Positions 26,660 to 39,469 of a stretch of 64,000 nt of DNA are shown piece by piece. How positions within the stretch are numbered: position 1 is the first letter of the stretch; each line of letters starts with the position of its first letter. The notes under the pieces were generated by a model that was not told where the DNA came from, made no database searches, and saw only the letters and a program-made list of their open reading frames with translations. Position numbers and translations under genes: made by a program. The stretch is taken from the NCBI RefSeq assembly GCF_004010195.1, contig NC_057728.1:53588174-53652173 (forward strand). Reading direction: 5' to 3'. The DNA is from Chiloscyllium plagiosum. Taxonomy: Eukaryota.

Positions 26660-28037
26660 ACCCAGCAATTACAAACCAGTCAATCTCACGTCTGTCATCT
26701 GCAAGGTGTTAGAATCTGAGGGATAGGATTTATGACCATCTGGAATAGCATGCCTTGGTTAAAGGCAGTCAGCATGGCTTTGTGAGGGACAGGTCATGCC
26801 TCACAAATTTTATTGAGTTCTTTGAGGATGTTACTAGACAAGTTCATAAGGGTTGAGCGGTGGATGTGGTGTATATGGACTTCAGTAAGGCATTTGATAT
26901 GATTCCCCATGGTAGGCTCGTTCAGAAGGTCAGGAGGGATGGGATACAGGGAAATTTAGCTGTCTGGATACAGAATTGGCTGGTTAACAGAAGTCAGCGA
27001 ATGGTAGTGGAAGGAAAATATTCTGCCTGCAAGTCAGTGGTGAGTGGTGTTCCACAGAGCTCTGTTCTTGGGCCTCTACTCTTTGTAATTTTTATTAATG
27101 ACTTGGATGAGGAGATTGAAGGATGGGTTAGCAAGTTTGCAGACGACACAAAGGTTGGAGGTGTCATTGACAGTATAGAGGACCGTTGTAGGCTGCAGCG
27201 TGACATTGACAGGATGCAGAGATGGGCTGAGAGGTGGCAGATGGAGTGCAACCTGGATAAATGTGAAGTGATGCATTTTGGAAGGTTGAACTTGAAAGTT
27301 AAGTACAGGATTAAAGACAAGGTTCTTGGCGGTGCGGAGAAACAGCGGGATCTTGGTGTGCAGGTACACAGATCCCTTAAAATTGCCACCCAGGTGGACA
27401 GGGTTGTTAAGAAAGCATATGGTGTTTTGACTTTCATTAACGGGGGGATTGAGTTTAAGAGCCATGAGATCTTGTTGCAGCTCTATAAAACTTTGGTTAG
27501 ACCGCACTTGAAATACTGTGTCCAGTTCTGGTCGCCCTATTATAGGAAAGATGTGGATGCTTTGGAGGGGGTTCAGAGGAGGTTTACCAGGATGCTGCGT
27601 GGAATGGAGGGCTTATCTTACGAAGAGAGGTTGACTGAGCTCGGACATTTTTCATTGGAAAAAAAAAGGAAGAGAGGGGACCTAATTGAGGTGTACAAGA
27701 TATTGAGAGGCATAGATAGACTTGATAGCCAGGGACCTTTTCCCAGGGCAGAAATTGTTAACACAAGGGGTCATAGTTTTAAGCTGTTTGGCAGAAAGTA
27801 TAGAGGGGATGTCAGAGGCGGGTTCTTTAAGCAGAGAGTTGTGAGAGCATGGAATGAGTTGCCAGCAGCAGTTGTGGAAGCGAGGTCATTGGGGATATTT
27901 AAGAGATTGCTGTACATGCATATGGCCACAGAAATTTGAGGGTTCGTATATTAGGTTTACCTTACATGAGGATCAATGGTCGGCACGGCATCATGGGCTG
28001 AAGGGCCTGTTCTGTGCTGTACTGTTCTATGTTCTAT
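26660..28037 (+). mobile_element. 5'-truncated CR1 LINE (HER1-like) with an open RT C-terminal ORF
   Basis: ORF 26860-27939 contains DFSKAFD, SGVPQ.SVLGP, FADDTK and LYKTLVRPHL. 3' tail is ttctatgttcta. Confidence 0.95.
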
Positions 28038-28039
28038 CA

Positions 28040-29290
28040 CTTGAGTAAACAAATTCCTCCTCATCTCAGTCCTAAATGGTATACCTCATTCTAAGGCTGT
28101 GTACCTGAGATCTGGAACATCCTCCAATTAGTGAAAACATTTTTCCCATATCTACTGCTGTCTACCATGTGTAGAGACTTTGCAAGTTTCAATGAGATCA
28201 CCACCTCTCATTGTTCTAAACTCTAGAGAATACAGGCCCAGTCTCCTTAACCTCTCCTCATAGGGTAATTCATCCATTCCAGGATTCAGTCTGATGAACC
28301 TCTGCTATACTCCCTCAATGGCAAATACATGCATCCACAGGTAAGGAGACTAAAACTGGACACAATTCTTCTGGTCTGATCCCACCAAAGATCAATACAA
28401 TTGCAGCAAGACTTCTTTACTCATCGTCTCAAGTGCTCTTGCAAAATAGACTAAAATACCACCTGGCTTTATCATTGCTTGCTGCACCTGCATGTTAGCT
28501 TTCAGTGGCTCATGAACAAGAACACATAGGTCCCTTTGACTATTAACACTTTCTTACTATTTATGAATTCCTGTTTTCTTAGCAAAGTGGATAACTTCAC
28601 AGTTTTCAATATAATACTCTATCTGCCTTGGTCCAGCCTATTCAACTCACAACTCACATTCCTACTTATTTTTGTGTCAGGAAATCTTGAAAATATTAAA
28701 TGTAGTCTCCACATCCAAATCATTAATATAGGTTATGCTCCAGCACTGATCCTTCTGGCACCTCACTCTCACTGGTACAATAAGAAAATCCCATTTAATC
28801 GTACTGTATTCTGTTTTCTTTCCATTATCCAATTCTCAGTTACCTCCAATGCCATGTGCTCCAAATTTTGTGCTCTAACCTCCTGTGTGGAACCTTATTG
28901 AAAAACGTCTTAAAATCCAAATAAAGCATATCCACTGATTCCTCCTTATTTATTCTGAGTTATATCCCCAAAAAACTCTAACAACCTTGTCAATTATAAT
29001 TTGTAAATCCATGTTAACTCTGCCCAATTCTCATATTTTTTGAAGTTTCCAGTTATCACATCCTTTATAATAGATTATTCACCCAACTATTTTCACTTCT
29101 CCTTGCTGTCCTAAATAGTGGGTTTATATTTATTAACTTCCAATCTGCAGGAATTATTTCAGGATCAATAGAATTTTGGGAGATAACCACAACGCATCCA
29201 TTATGCCTACATCCCCATCTTTCAATTCTCTGGGTGGCATGTAGATCATCAGGTCCAGGGGATTTATCTGATTTCAGTTCCAAGAATTTC
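28040..29290 (-). mobile_element. Older decayed CR1 fragment
   Basis: KSDKSPGPDDLH..IPADWK..INPLF on the minus strand, plus CR1 3'-type sequence. Confidence 0.65.
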
Positions 29291-29489
29291 TGCAAACTTC
29301 ACTTATACTAATACTAAATGTTTCATTTTGTCATTCCCGGGAAAAATCTACAAGGATGTTGCCAGGGTTGGAGGGATTAAGCTGTAGGGAGAAGTTGAAT
29401 AGGCTGTGGATAATTTCCCTGGAGTGTTGGAGGCTGAGGGATGATCTTAGAAATTTATAAAATCATGAGGGGCATGGATAGGGTGAGAA

Positions 29490-30330
29490 GAGACTTGGGA
29501 AGAGACTTTGTCTATTTATCCTATTCATGCCCGTCACGATTTTATAAACCTCTATAAGATCACCACTCAGCCTCCAACGCTTCAGAGAAAACAGCCCCAG
29601 CCTATTCAACCTTTCCCAATACCTCAAGTCCTCCAATCCTGGCAACATCCTTGTATATCTTTCTGAACCTTTTCAAGTTTCACAACATCTTTCCGATAGG
29701 AAGGTGACCAGAATTGCACACAACATTCCAAAAGTGGCCTAACCAATGTCCTGTACAGCCGCAACATGACCTCCCAACTCCTGTACTCAATACTCCGACC
29801 AATAAAGGAAAGCATGCCAAATGCCTTCTTCACTATACTATCTACCTGCGACTCCACTTTCAAGGAGCTATGAACCTGCACTCCAAGGTCTCTTTGTTCA
29901 GTAACACTGCCTAGGACCTCACCATTAAGTGTATAAGTCTTGCTAAGATTTGCATTCTCAAAACGCAGCACCTCGCATTTACCTAAATTCAACTCCATCT
30001 GCCACCTCTCCGCCCATTGGCCAATCTGGTCAAGATCCCATTGTAATCTGAGGTAACCTTCTTCACTGTCTACTACACCTCCAAGTTTGGTGTCATCTGC
30101 AAACTTACTAACTATACCACTTATGCTCACATCCAAATCATTTATATAAATGATGAAAAGTAGTGGACCCAGCACCAATCATTGTGGCAGTCCACTGGTC
30201 ACAGACCTCCAGTCTGAAAATCAACACTCCACCATCACTATTTGTTTTCTACCTTTGAGCCAGTTCTGTATCCAAATCCAAATTCCATGAGATGTAATCT
30301 TGTCTCCCATGGGGAACCTTGTTGAACACC
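29490..30330 (-). mobile_element. CR1 RT fragment
   Basis: VLGPLLFIIYINDLD..FADDTK in ORF 29624-30178. Confidence 0.9.
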
Positions 30331-30489
30331 TTACCGATTTATTTGTATTTGTCTTTGCTAATCTATTCCTTATTATGTACCTTTGGAAACTTCATTTTGT
30401 ACTGGTTTATTTTTATATAATATTTCATGTTTCTTTATCAGACTTTTGTTTCTCCCCTGCTGAATATGAAGATACTCCTAATCCTCAGA

Positions 30490-31140
30490 CTAAGACTATA
30501 AGACCACAAGAATTAGGAACAGGCCATTGAGCCTGCTCTGCCATTCAATAAAATCATGGCTGACCTGGCACTCTTCATATCCATTTTCCTGACCTTTCCC
30601 CATAACCTTGATGCCCCTACTGATCAAGAATCTATCTATCTACCTCATCCTTAAACATACAGAAGAAATCTACACCATAGCTCCCTGTGGCAAGGAGTTC
30701 CAAAGACTCAGAACGCTGAGAGAAGAGATTCCTCCTCATCTCAGTCTTACATTGACATCCCTTTATTCTAAGACTATGCCCTCTGGTCCTAGACTTTCCC
30801 ACAATGGGAAATATCCTCTCAGCATTTACCCTGTCAAGCCAAAGAGTCATACAGCCATAGAGTTTTATACAGCATGCAAACAGACCCAACAGTCCAACTC
30901 ATCCATGCAGACCAAGTTTCCCAAACGAAATTAGTCCCATTTGCATGTTTTTGGCCCATATCCGTCTAAACCTTTCCTATGGACCTGTCCCAATGTCTTT
31001 TAAATATTTTAATGGTGCCTGCACCTATCACTTCCTCAGGCAGTACCTTCCACATACAAGCCACCCTCTGTGTGAAAAAAAGGCCTCTTAAAAATCCTAT
31101 ATATTTCAATGAGATCACTTCTAAACTCCTGTGAGTAGAG
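30490..31140 (-). mobile_element. Nested CR1 3' fragments
   Basis: RVNAERIFPIVGKSRTRGHSLRIKG on the minus strand. Confidence 0.75.
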
Positions 31141-32019
31141 TAGACGTGCTACATTTTTGTCACTTTATAAGCCTCTTCATTTGATCCAGTATAATCATTA
31201 ACTTCTCTTGTTAGCAATAGTTGGATCACCTTTACTGCTGTGTTTTTCTACTCATAGTAACGCAACTTTGTTATAAACTGTGTGGTAATCCTTCCCCTGA
31301 TTTAAATGACTTCCTGCACCACAATTCAAATTGCTCATCCTGCCTGCAGAAACTATTGTTGTCCATGTAGGCTGCAAGAACCTCAAACCTTTTGGATTTA
31401 AGTGATTTGTGCTGTAAATAAAGTATAATAGTGATGTGTATACCTCCTGTAGAATGTTTCTACTACTTAGTATGTGTTTTCACATTGATTATGTGGATCT
31501 CTTGATCAACTGAAATATTCGATCAACTGGATGCTCCTGGTCCCATAGGTGCCAGTTAATAAAAAGTTTGCTGTATCTACAAAATGCATTGCAGAAATTC
31601 ATCAAAGATCCTTAGACATCTTGAAAAGCCACAACTACTTCCAGCTGGAAGGACAAGAGTAGGAGATACATGGGAACACTGCCAACTGCAAATTCCTCTC
31701 CAAACTACTCAACATCCTGACTTGGAGAAACATCGCCATTTCTTTAATGTCGCTTAGTCAAAATCCTGGAATTCCCTACTTAAGGGCATTGTGGATCTAC
31801 CTACAGCACATTGACTGCAGCAGTTCAAGAAGGAAGCTCACCACCATTTTTTCAGGGGGATGATCAATAAAATGCTGGCACAGCCAGCGATGTCCATGTC
31901 CACGAGTACATTTTTTTTTAAATTTCCTCTTTCGCTCAATAACAATTGACTCCCTTGTTAGTCAAGACTTTATCTACCTCTGCCTTAAAATATTCAATGA
32001 TCATAGATTTCATCACCTC

Positions 32020-32960
32020 AGTATTCCTAGCCGCTGAAGAGCTTTTGTATTTATATGGAGAGTTCAGCTGAGTTTCTGGTCAACAGTGATCCCTAGGATG
32101 TTGAGAATGGGGGATTCAGTGGTGATAAAACCAATGCATGTCAAGGGGTGATTGTCCCTTACTAGGAGATGGTCATTGCTTGGCATTTTCATGACACGAA
32201 TGTTGCTTGCCACTTGTCAGCCCAAGCCTGTATTTTTTATCCTGATCTTGAAGCATTTGAACATGGACCGCCTCGGTACCTGAGGCATCGTGAATAGTAC
32301 AATCATTGGCGAACATTCCCACTTCTGACCTTATGATGGAGTGGAGCTCATTTATGAAATAGCTGAAGATGGTTGGGCTTAAGACATCATGCTGGGGAAC
32401 TCCAGAAGAGATGTCCTGCACCTGAGATAACTCCGACAACCATAACCATCTTCCTATAATGAGGTCTTGAGTTGAGTGGCCTTGGCAGAACCCAAACTGG
32501 ACACCACTGAGCAGGGCTGCTTAATAGCATTTTTGATGACACCTTCCAATACTTTACTGATGATTGAGAGTAGAATAATTGGGTGGTAATTGGCTGAGAT
32601 GGATTTCTCCTGCCTTTTATGTACCTGGGCAATTTTCCACATTGTTAGGTGGATGCCAGTAGTGTAACTATACTGAAAGAGGTTGGCTAGAGAAGCAACG
32701 ATTTGAGAAGAACAGGTCTTCAGTATTACTGCCAGAATGTTGTCAGGGCCATAGCCGTTGTAGTCTCCAAGGCCTTCATTGTTTTTTTGATACCATGTGG
32801 AGTGTATTAAGTTTGTTGAAGACTGGCACATGTGATGCTTGGAACTACTAGAGGAGACTGAGATAGATCAACTATTTGACACTTCTGGTTGAAGATTGCT
32901 GCAAATACATCAATCTTATTTTTTGCACTTATGTTTTGGGCTCTTCCAATATTGATAGTT
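32020..32960 (-). mobile_element. RT-region fragment of a CR1/L2-group LINE, probably the same family as 8150-8800
   Basis: GPDNI..ILKTC, ANYHPIILLSIISKVLEG, SGVPQ..VLSP and MFAND. Confidence 0.75.
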
Positions 32961-33589
32961 TGGAGAAGAGAGGGGAAAGTATAGAATTTCAACTATATTT
33001 AATTTAGAGTTCAGCAGGACTATCAAAAATGTTGTTCTGCTGAGCTCACGAGCACCAGCATTAACATTGTTAGCACTAGCACATTTTACACCTTGAAAAT
33101 TATTTGTTGTGAATCCATAGTTGTTACTAAAATAATTCAGTCGCCTCAATTACATTAGATTAAGAAGTGAGATTACATAAACTGGATTTGTATGCCCTCG
33201 AACAGAAGCGGTCAAGGGGGCCATTTGGTTCAGGATTTTAGGATTTTTAAAGGTGTGTTGAAGGCAGATAAAGAGAAATGCTATTGGCAGTAAAGCTACA
33301 TAATTGACAAAGTCTTAAAACCAGAGCCAGGCAATTCTGAAGAAACTAAAGGCCTGTTCTAAAAAAGAAACACTGGACTCAAATGTTAATGCTGCTTTCT
33401 CTCCACAGACCCTGCCAGACCTGCTGAGTTCCTCCAACAAATTTTATTTTAATTCAAGAGAATCACGCTTCCAGAAAAGTAATCAATTCTAGGTCAATTA
33501 ATAATGTTAAATCTGTTATAAATAGATATTTACTCTCTAAGGGAATAAAGTACATGGATCCAAGGCCAGTGGATATGATTGATTGATTT

Positions 33590-34760
33590 ATTTATTGTCA
33601 TGTGTACCAAAGTACCATGAAAGGCTTTGTTTAAGACCAATGAAGGCAGATCATAGTAAGCAAGAATGTACAGATCAAAAAGACTGAGAAAGAGGCATAC
33701 AGGTTACATTGTACAAGGCGTGCGTTAGGTGAGATCAATGTTAGCAAGATCAGCATTATTTGAGGCTAGAATGTCCACTCATCAGTCCAATAACAGCCGG
33801 AAAGAAGCTGTTCCTGAACCTGTTGGGGTGTGTGTGTTCAGGCTTCTGTATCTTCTGCCTGATGAGGGAGGTTGTAAGATATCATTACCGGGATGCGATG
33901 GGTCTTTAATGATGTTGGCAACATTTCCACGGCAGCAGCCTGTGTAAATGGAGTCCATGAATGGAAGGTTGGCTACTGTGTTAATCTGAGCTGTGCACAC
34001 CGCCTTCTGTAGTTTCTTATGGTCCTGGGCAGAGCAGTTGCCATACCAGGCCATTATGTACCCAGACAGTATACTTTCAATGGTGCATCTGTAGATGTTG
34101 GTGAGGGTCCTGATGGATATGCCAAATTTCCTGAGTTGGCTGAGGAAGAAGAGGCATTGTTGTGTCTTCTTGACTGTTGCATCGACATGGGAAGTCCGGA
34201 CAGTTTGTCGGTTATCATTACTCCAAGGAACTTGAGGCTCTCCAGCCTCTGAACCTTAGTTCTGTTGATTGAGATGAGGGCATGTTCTCATCCTTTCATC
34301 CTGAAGTCAATGATCAGTTATTCAGTTTTGCTGATGTTGAGAGAGATGTTGTTCTCATTGCGCCACATAACCAAGCCCTCAATTTCCCTTCTGTATTTTG
34401 ACTCATCATTGTTAGATATCCATCATACTACAGTGGTGTCATAAGTTTATCAGTAAATTATCCAGTTTATGTAATCTCACTTCTTAATTTGAAGTAATTG
34501 AGGTGACTGAATTATTATATTAACAACTATGAATTCACACTGGATTCACAACAAATAATTTTCAATGTGTAAAATGTGCTAGTAATAACAATGTTAATGC
34601 TGGTGCTTGTGAGCTCAACAGAACAACATCTTTGATAGTCCTGTTGAACTATAAATGGCGTTTGTTTGTAATTTGGCAATATAGTCATGGGTGACCAGGG
34701 AGTACAGTGGGGGGCCGAGGACGCATCCTTGGGGGGTTCCAGTGTTGAGTGCTATTGTGG
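33590..34760 (-). mobile_element. Rex1/Babar LINE fragment
   Basis: NTGTPQGCVLGP (34690-34750) and AWYGNCSAQDHKKLQK..IIKDPSHPG..SGRRYRSL; interrupted at ~34445-34655. Confidence 0.85.
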
Positions 34761-34932
34761 AGTTAAGATACAGGTCAAGTGTAATCCCATTGAATGACAG
34801 AGTAGATTTGAGAAGCTTCCTGACCTACTTACTGTTCCTATCAGGGAATACTATTTATTGAACAATATTATTGTTCAAGCGTCAAGAGTATAACTTCAAC
34901 GGCAATATTTATTTTCTGGTTTTATCTCTCAG

Positions 34933-35091
34933 GTCTTCCAACCTGCCTTCTCTGTACCTGCCTGAGTGGATCTGTTTACTGTGATGATACAGATATCAAA
35001 AATATACCTGCTCTTCCCAAGGATACCACTCACTTTTATGGACGGTTCAACAAGCTCACCAACATAAAGAAAGGAGATTTTTCTGGGCTAA
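34933..35091 (+). CDS. EPYC: Epiphycan-like coding exon 3 (LRRNT cysteine cluster and first LRR)
   Basis: ctctcag|GT ... CTAA|gtatga, 159 nt. GLPTCLLCTCLSGSVYCDD carries the class III SLRP Cx2CxCx6C motif. Confidence 0.95.
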
Positions 35092-35479
35092 GTATGACAA
35101 TGTGAACGTTCAGCCTTATTATTATAGAAAGGAAAGACAATGTTAATTTCTTTGTATGGAATATGTGTTCTTGTTCTATTTTGAAATCTTGCGCGACCAT
35201 CAGATTGCTTTGCTTGGTTGCAGTATAATGAGAGTAAAAATGTGAATGTAAACAAAGTAAAGTTTTGAGTGCAGGAGCCCATAACATTTGGTATGACTGA
35301 TGTAAATAGAGTTAAGTTACAGATCAGGTGATAATATCCACAGTCCACAAGGAATCATGGATATCTCATCCTGTTAGAGAGAGACAAGTGGCTACATAGC
35401 TTGGGGAGCACCACTACATATTAAGCATGGGGCAAGAAAGGAGGCAGCCACATGAATAACATGGAAATTGAATGTGGAG

Positions 35480-35595
35480 ATCCTGGTATTGGACTGGGAT
35501 GGACAAAGTTTAAAATCACACAACACCAGATTACAGTCTAACAGGTTTATTTGAAAGTACAAGCTTTTGGAGCACTGCTCCTTCGTCAGGTAGCT
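35480..35595 (-). mobile_element. pLTR fragment of the second Penelope-like family
   Basis: Similar to 16708-16815 (ggactggg..caaagtt..aaatcacacaacacca..). Confidence 0.7.
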
Positions 35596-36267
35596 AGAAG
35601 ATTGAAGACACACCATGAATGTTATGCAGCATTACATTTTAGCCATTTGGCCAATTGAGCTGGCTGACTGCCACAGCTGAGCCATGGTCCAACTGAACTG
35701 TGACTACATGTTTTCAAGATATTGAAAGGTACGGTTACAGCATATACAGAGATTCTTCTTTTGTCATTGGAGAAGCTACTTAAGGGCATAATCTTAAAAT
35801 TACAGCCATGCATCTCAAAAGAGAGACTAGGAAACACTTCAGTGCACAACAGTTGGTAGAAATATGCAATTCCTTCCACACAAAAAAAATAGCTTGTAGA
35901 TCACTTAGTAATGTTAAATTGGTTGTTAATAGATTTTACTCACCTCGGGCCATTGGGTATAGAGTTAATATCCAGATCAGGTGTAATTCCATTAAATAAC
36001 AGAACTTGAAGGCTTGAAGAGCTATCTGGCCTGACTGCATGGGTTTCAGGGATTAAATGGCAGGCTCCTGTTGTTATGATCCTAAATGAACATTATGGAG
36101 GCAGCATAGTCTTAATATTTGAGCCAGGCCATTCATTGGTTGTAACAACTCAGGAAGCCTTACTGTAAGGGATTTATTGATTGTTGTTGAACACTAAAAT
36201 AGAGTCATTACTTGTGGCATACAAAAGCTAGTCCCAGTCTGTTTTAAAAAATTCTCAAGGTCAGGTT

Positions 36268-36760
36268 CGTAGGAGAGTAGTCTGACACAGAACAAACGAC
36301 CAAGAGGCGAGTCTGCTAGAATATGAGCATTTTATTCCCCGCAGCGTCGCCACAACCAGGTCTCATACTTACAACGGGTCTGGCTTATACTCACTCTACA
36401 TGTTACCGGAACTGGGAGCCGTCAGTTCTCGTAGAGCGGTTGCCAACAACCCACGCTCGGCGGTTAAACGCAACCCCGGAGCAGACTCACCGAACTGGAG
36501 ACTTTTCCAGCTGATATACTCTTTTCCAGATATAAACATTCATGTGAACAGCAGAGCAAGGCTAAAAAACACATTCCATTCTGGTTACATACAGATAAGA
36601 AGATTCACACGGGGAGGTGTGTAATAAGATTCACACGGGACTAAGCAACACCTCCATTCCGGTTAGATTCACACATGTATTGGGACATAATTTTAACCCT
36701 TTCACCACATTCCACTGCTTGGCCCAATACATGTGTTGGGACATAATTTTACACCACACA
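36268..36760 (-). mobile_element. Candidate CpG-rich solo LTR
   Basis: Minus-strand AATAAA at 36331-36336, TATA-like site at ~36515, internal tandem repeats at 36595-36750, unusually high CpG content. Confidence 0.5.
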
Positions 36761-37262
36761 GTCTGAAACAGATGATTCTGCAGATCCATCCCTGAGTCTG
36801 CTTTGTAATGCTCTAGGGTGATGAGTTCCACTGGGCAGGCCATTGCCTGTTACCAAGGGAACGCAGACTCAGCGGGAAATTGATATGTAGAGGCCAGTGG
36901 AAAAGCTGTTAAAGTTGGGGATAGGGAGGGACAGTGGCAGGGGTTCTCAACTGAAAATGTCAAAACTCAGATTGATACAGTTTTGTGTATCTCTGCTGGA
37001 GACAGTGTTACAGAATATTCTTGTCAATTTTCTTAGACCCACAGAATCATCAAAGTTAAGGAGGTATGCAGGGTTGTAGTGTGGAACAAGGAAGCAGGGT
37101 TGGATGTGGCATGGAAGGAGAAAATTCAGGAAGCAAAGAGAAAGGTCAGGAGGTCTACAACAGGGAGAAAGAGTTACATAAATGTCCATACTTGCATGGT
37201 AACTCTGATTGCATATAATATTGCAAATGTGTAATCTATTCCTTATTGGAAGCGCATTATCT

Positions 37263-37423
37263 TAGGTAAAAACAATGACTGCAGATGCTAGAAACCAGAT
37301 TCTGGAGTAGAGGGTGCTGGAAAAGGAATACAGGATGATGAAGGGCTTTTGCCCGAAACGTCGATTTTCCAGCTCCTCGGATGCAGCCTGAACTGCTGTG
37401 CTTTTCCAGCACCATTCTACTCC
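37263..37423. mobile_element. Short fold-back Penelope-like insertion with 12-bp TSD
   Basis: AGCGCATTATCT at 37251-37262 and 37424-37435, with two opposed pLTR pieces between. Confidence 0.8.
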
Positions 37424-37671
37424 AGCGCATTATCTCAGTATTACGCCGAGTTCAAATTTCACATTACAAATTGCTTACTTCGACCAGGCAACTGTTAGGA
37501 CCATATAGATATTAACAGAGGGCTATTATGTTTATTATTTGTTTCCAAGTATATTAATTGTGAGTAATGATCATCTTAGATCACTGAAAGTCAATTGACG
37601 CAACAAGTAATAGAATTATTATGGTATTATTTGTTCCTAAATATATTAATTGCAAATAATTATCATCCTAG

Positions 37672-37874
37672 ATCACCTAAAGAGGATTGACGTGACAGGT
37701 AATAGGATTTCTTCAATTGATGAAGATGCTTTAAGGCAGTTGCCTGAACTGGTTGATCTGATGGTTGCTTCAAATGAACTTGTGCAGCTTCCAGAGCTAC
37801 CCAAAACTATGGTCAGCATTGATGCCAGTTACAATAAACTGAACAGCAGTGGGATAAAAAATGAAGCATTCAAA
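37672..37874 (+). CDS. EPYC: Epiphycan-like coding exon 4 (LRRs)
   Basis: cctag|AT ... AAA|gtaaga, 203 nt. HLKRIDVTGNRISSIDEDALRQLPEL...GIKNEAFK is a leucine-rich repeat region. Confidence 0.95.
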
Positions 37875-39213
37875 GTAAGACCCATCATTATACAATTTAG
37901 TACATGCTTTTTGACAAATGTCTTGCATGGTCAACTTTCAAATATGGATGCAAGGTCTAATTAGTTTGAGAGTTGATTGAGCTTCTTTAATACAACAGAT
38001 CACTGGTCCTTTAATATTGCAGATATGTTTCTTTAAAAATCTTTTTCAGCTATACACACTTCTTTACATGGTGTGGTTATTTTTTCATGTGTTTTTCATA
38101 CTATTTGTGTTAATTTTCCCATTTATGAGTGCCATTATAAAGTAATTTACCTATTAAACTATGTTGTAGTTATTACCCAATCACAAATACTTTTTGGAGT
38201 AGCTTTCAGAGCAGTTTGTGACAGGTTAGTGCATTCCTTGTTTTGTTTTCCCCATATAGAAAGGAGAAGAAGCAAGCAGAAGAACTAGGGCAATTTTTTC
38301 AATCACTTAAGTTTTTGCTTCATCGTAAATATTTGCTTTCAAATCCTCTTCATATAGATATGGTCCTGACCCTGTCTTAATGAGGGTAATTCAGAATCTG
38401 GGAAATAGCATAAAGTAAGTGATATAAATTTAGCTGTCCATAATATAGCTGCCCTGAAGGGGCTCATAGGTTGAAGCAGTAGTGTCCCTATCTGTAGACC
38501 AAGAAACCCCAATTCAAGTCCCACTTGCTCCAGGAATAAGAGCTTTGGATAGGTTGATTAAAAATACCTATATCTATCGTGATCAAACTCAACAGAAATA
38601 AAATTTGGATTTTTGTTATTTTAATCAACATGTTATGACACACCTTGAGGGCAGGGGGATAGAACTCAAACCTTCTGAATCAAAGGAAGGGACACTACAA
38701 CTAATGTCTATACCCCTAGGTTTGTACATATTTTTAGTTAACTGTTCAGACATATTATGACACACATCTACAGCAGAGGAGACTTCAGACTACAGCTTTT
38801 TGCACAGTGCTGGTTAAAGGATTATCTTGATTTTGCTTTTGTTATTCTATTCACATAATTTAATATTACATACCAAAATGCTAGTGGGCTCTTGTCTGCC
38901 TAGCTGTAACTTGTACTTTGTGGCTGCAACCCAATTCAGGGCAGTCTAAAGAAAATTCTCCAATTACATTAACCTTCAACTTCATGAATTTTAAAGTAAA
39001 ATTGCTGTTTGATGAAAACTCCACTCGGGTAAAAGCTGAAGCTTTCATAATCTTGCATTTAGGAAAGGTTAGATGTTCTTTGCTCCCAGTATCAATCTCA
39101 AACATAGATGACAGTCTCTGCAATTTTCCCATCACATTGTTTTCATTGGTAATGTTCAATAATTGGTGATTCTTTGTTTTCTCATTGTTCCTTCTTTTCT
39201 TTTGAATTCACAG

Positions 39214-39309
39214 GACATGAATAACCTTGAATACCTATATTTAGCTGGCAATTCACTGAATTATGTTCCACTTCCTCTGCCTGAGAGCCTTCGTTCCATT
39301 AACCTACAG
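39214..39309 (+). CDS. EPYC: Epiphycan-like coding exon 5 (LRR)
   Basis: Polypyrimidine tract then cacag|GAC ... CAG|gtataa, 96 nt. Encodes DMNNLEYLYLAGNSLNYVPLPLPESLRSINLQ. Confidence 0.95.
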
Positions 39310-39469
39310 GTATAAGACACACCACTCAAGTTGCATATATATTATGCTAAACCTGATAACCTAATATTGCCACATCCGCCAAAAATAACACAGCTGGGGA
39401 CCAGGTGTCAAATTCAAGTATCAGCTTAGGAAATTTAGCAAAACATAGGGAGATGCCAATAGACTAGTA

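Noticed and set aside
36595..36750. CRISPR-like spaced repeats
   Set aside because: Only two or three irregular copies in eukaryotic DNA with no cas genes; better explained as LTR U3 repeats.
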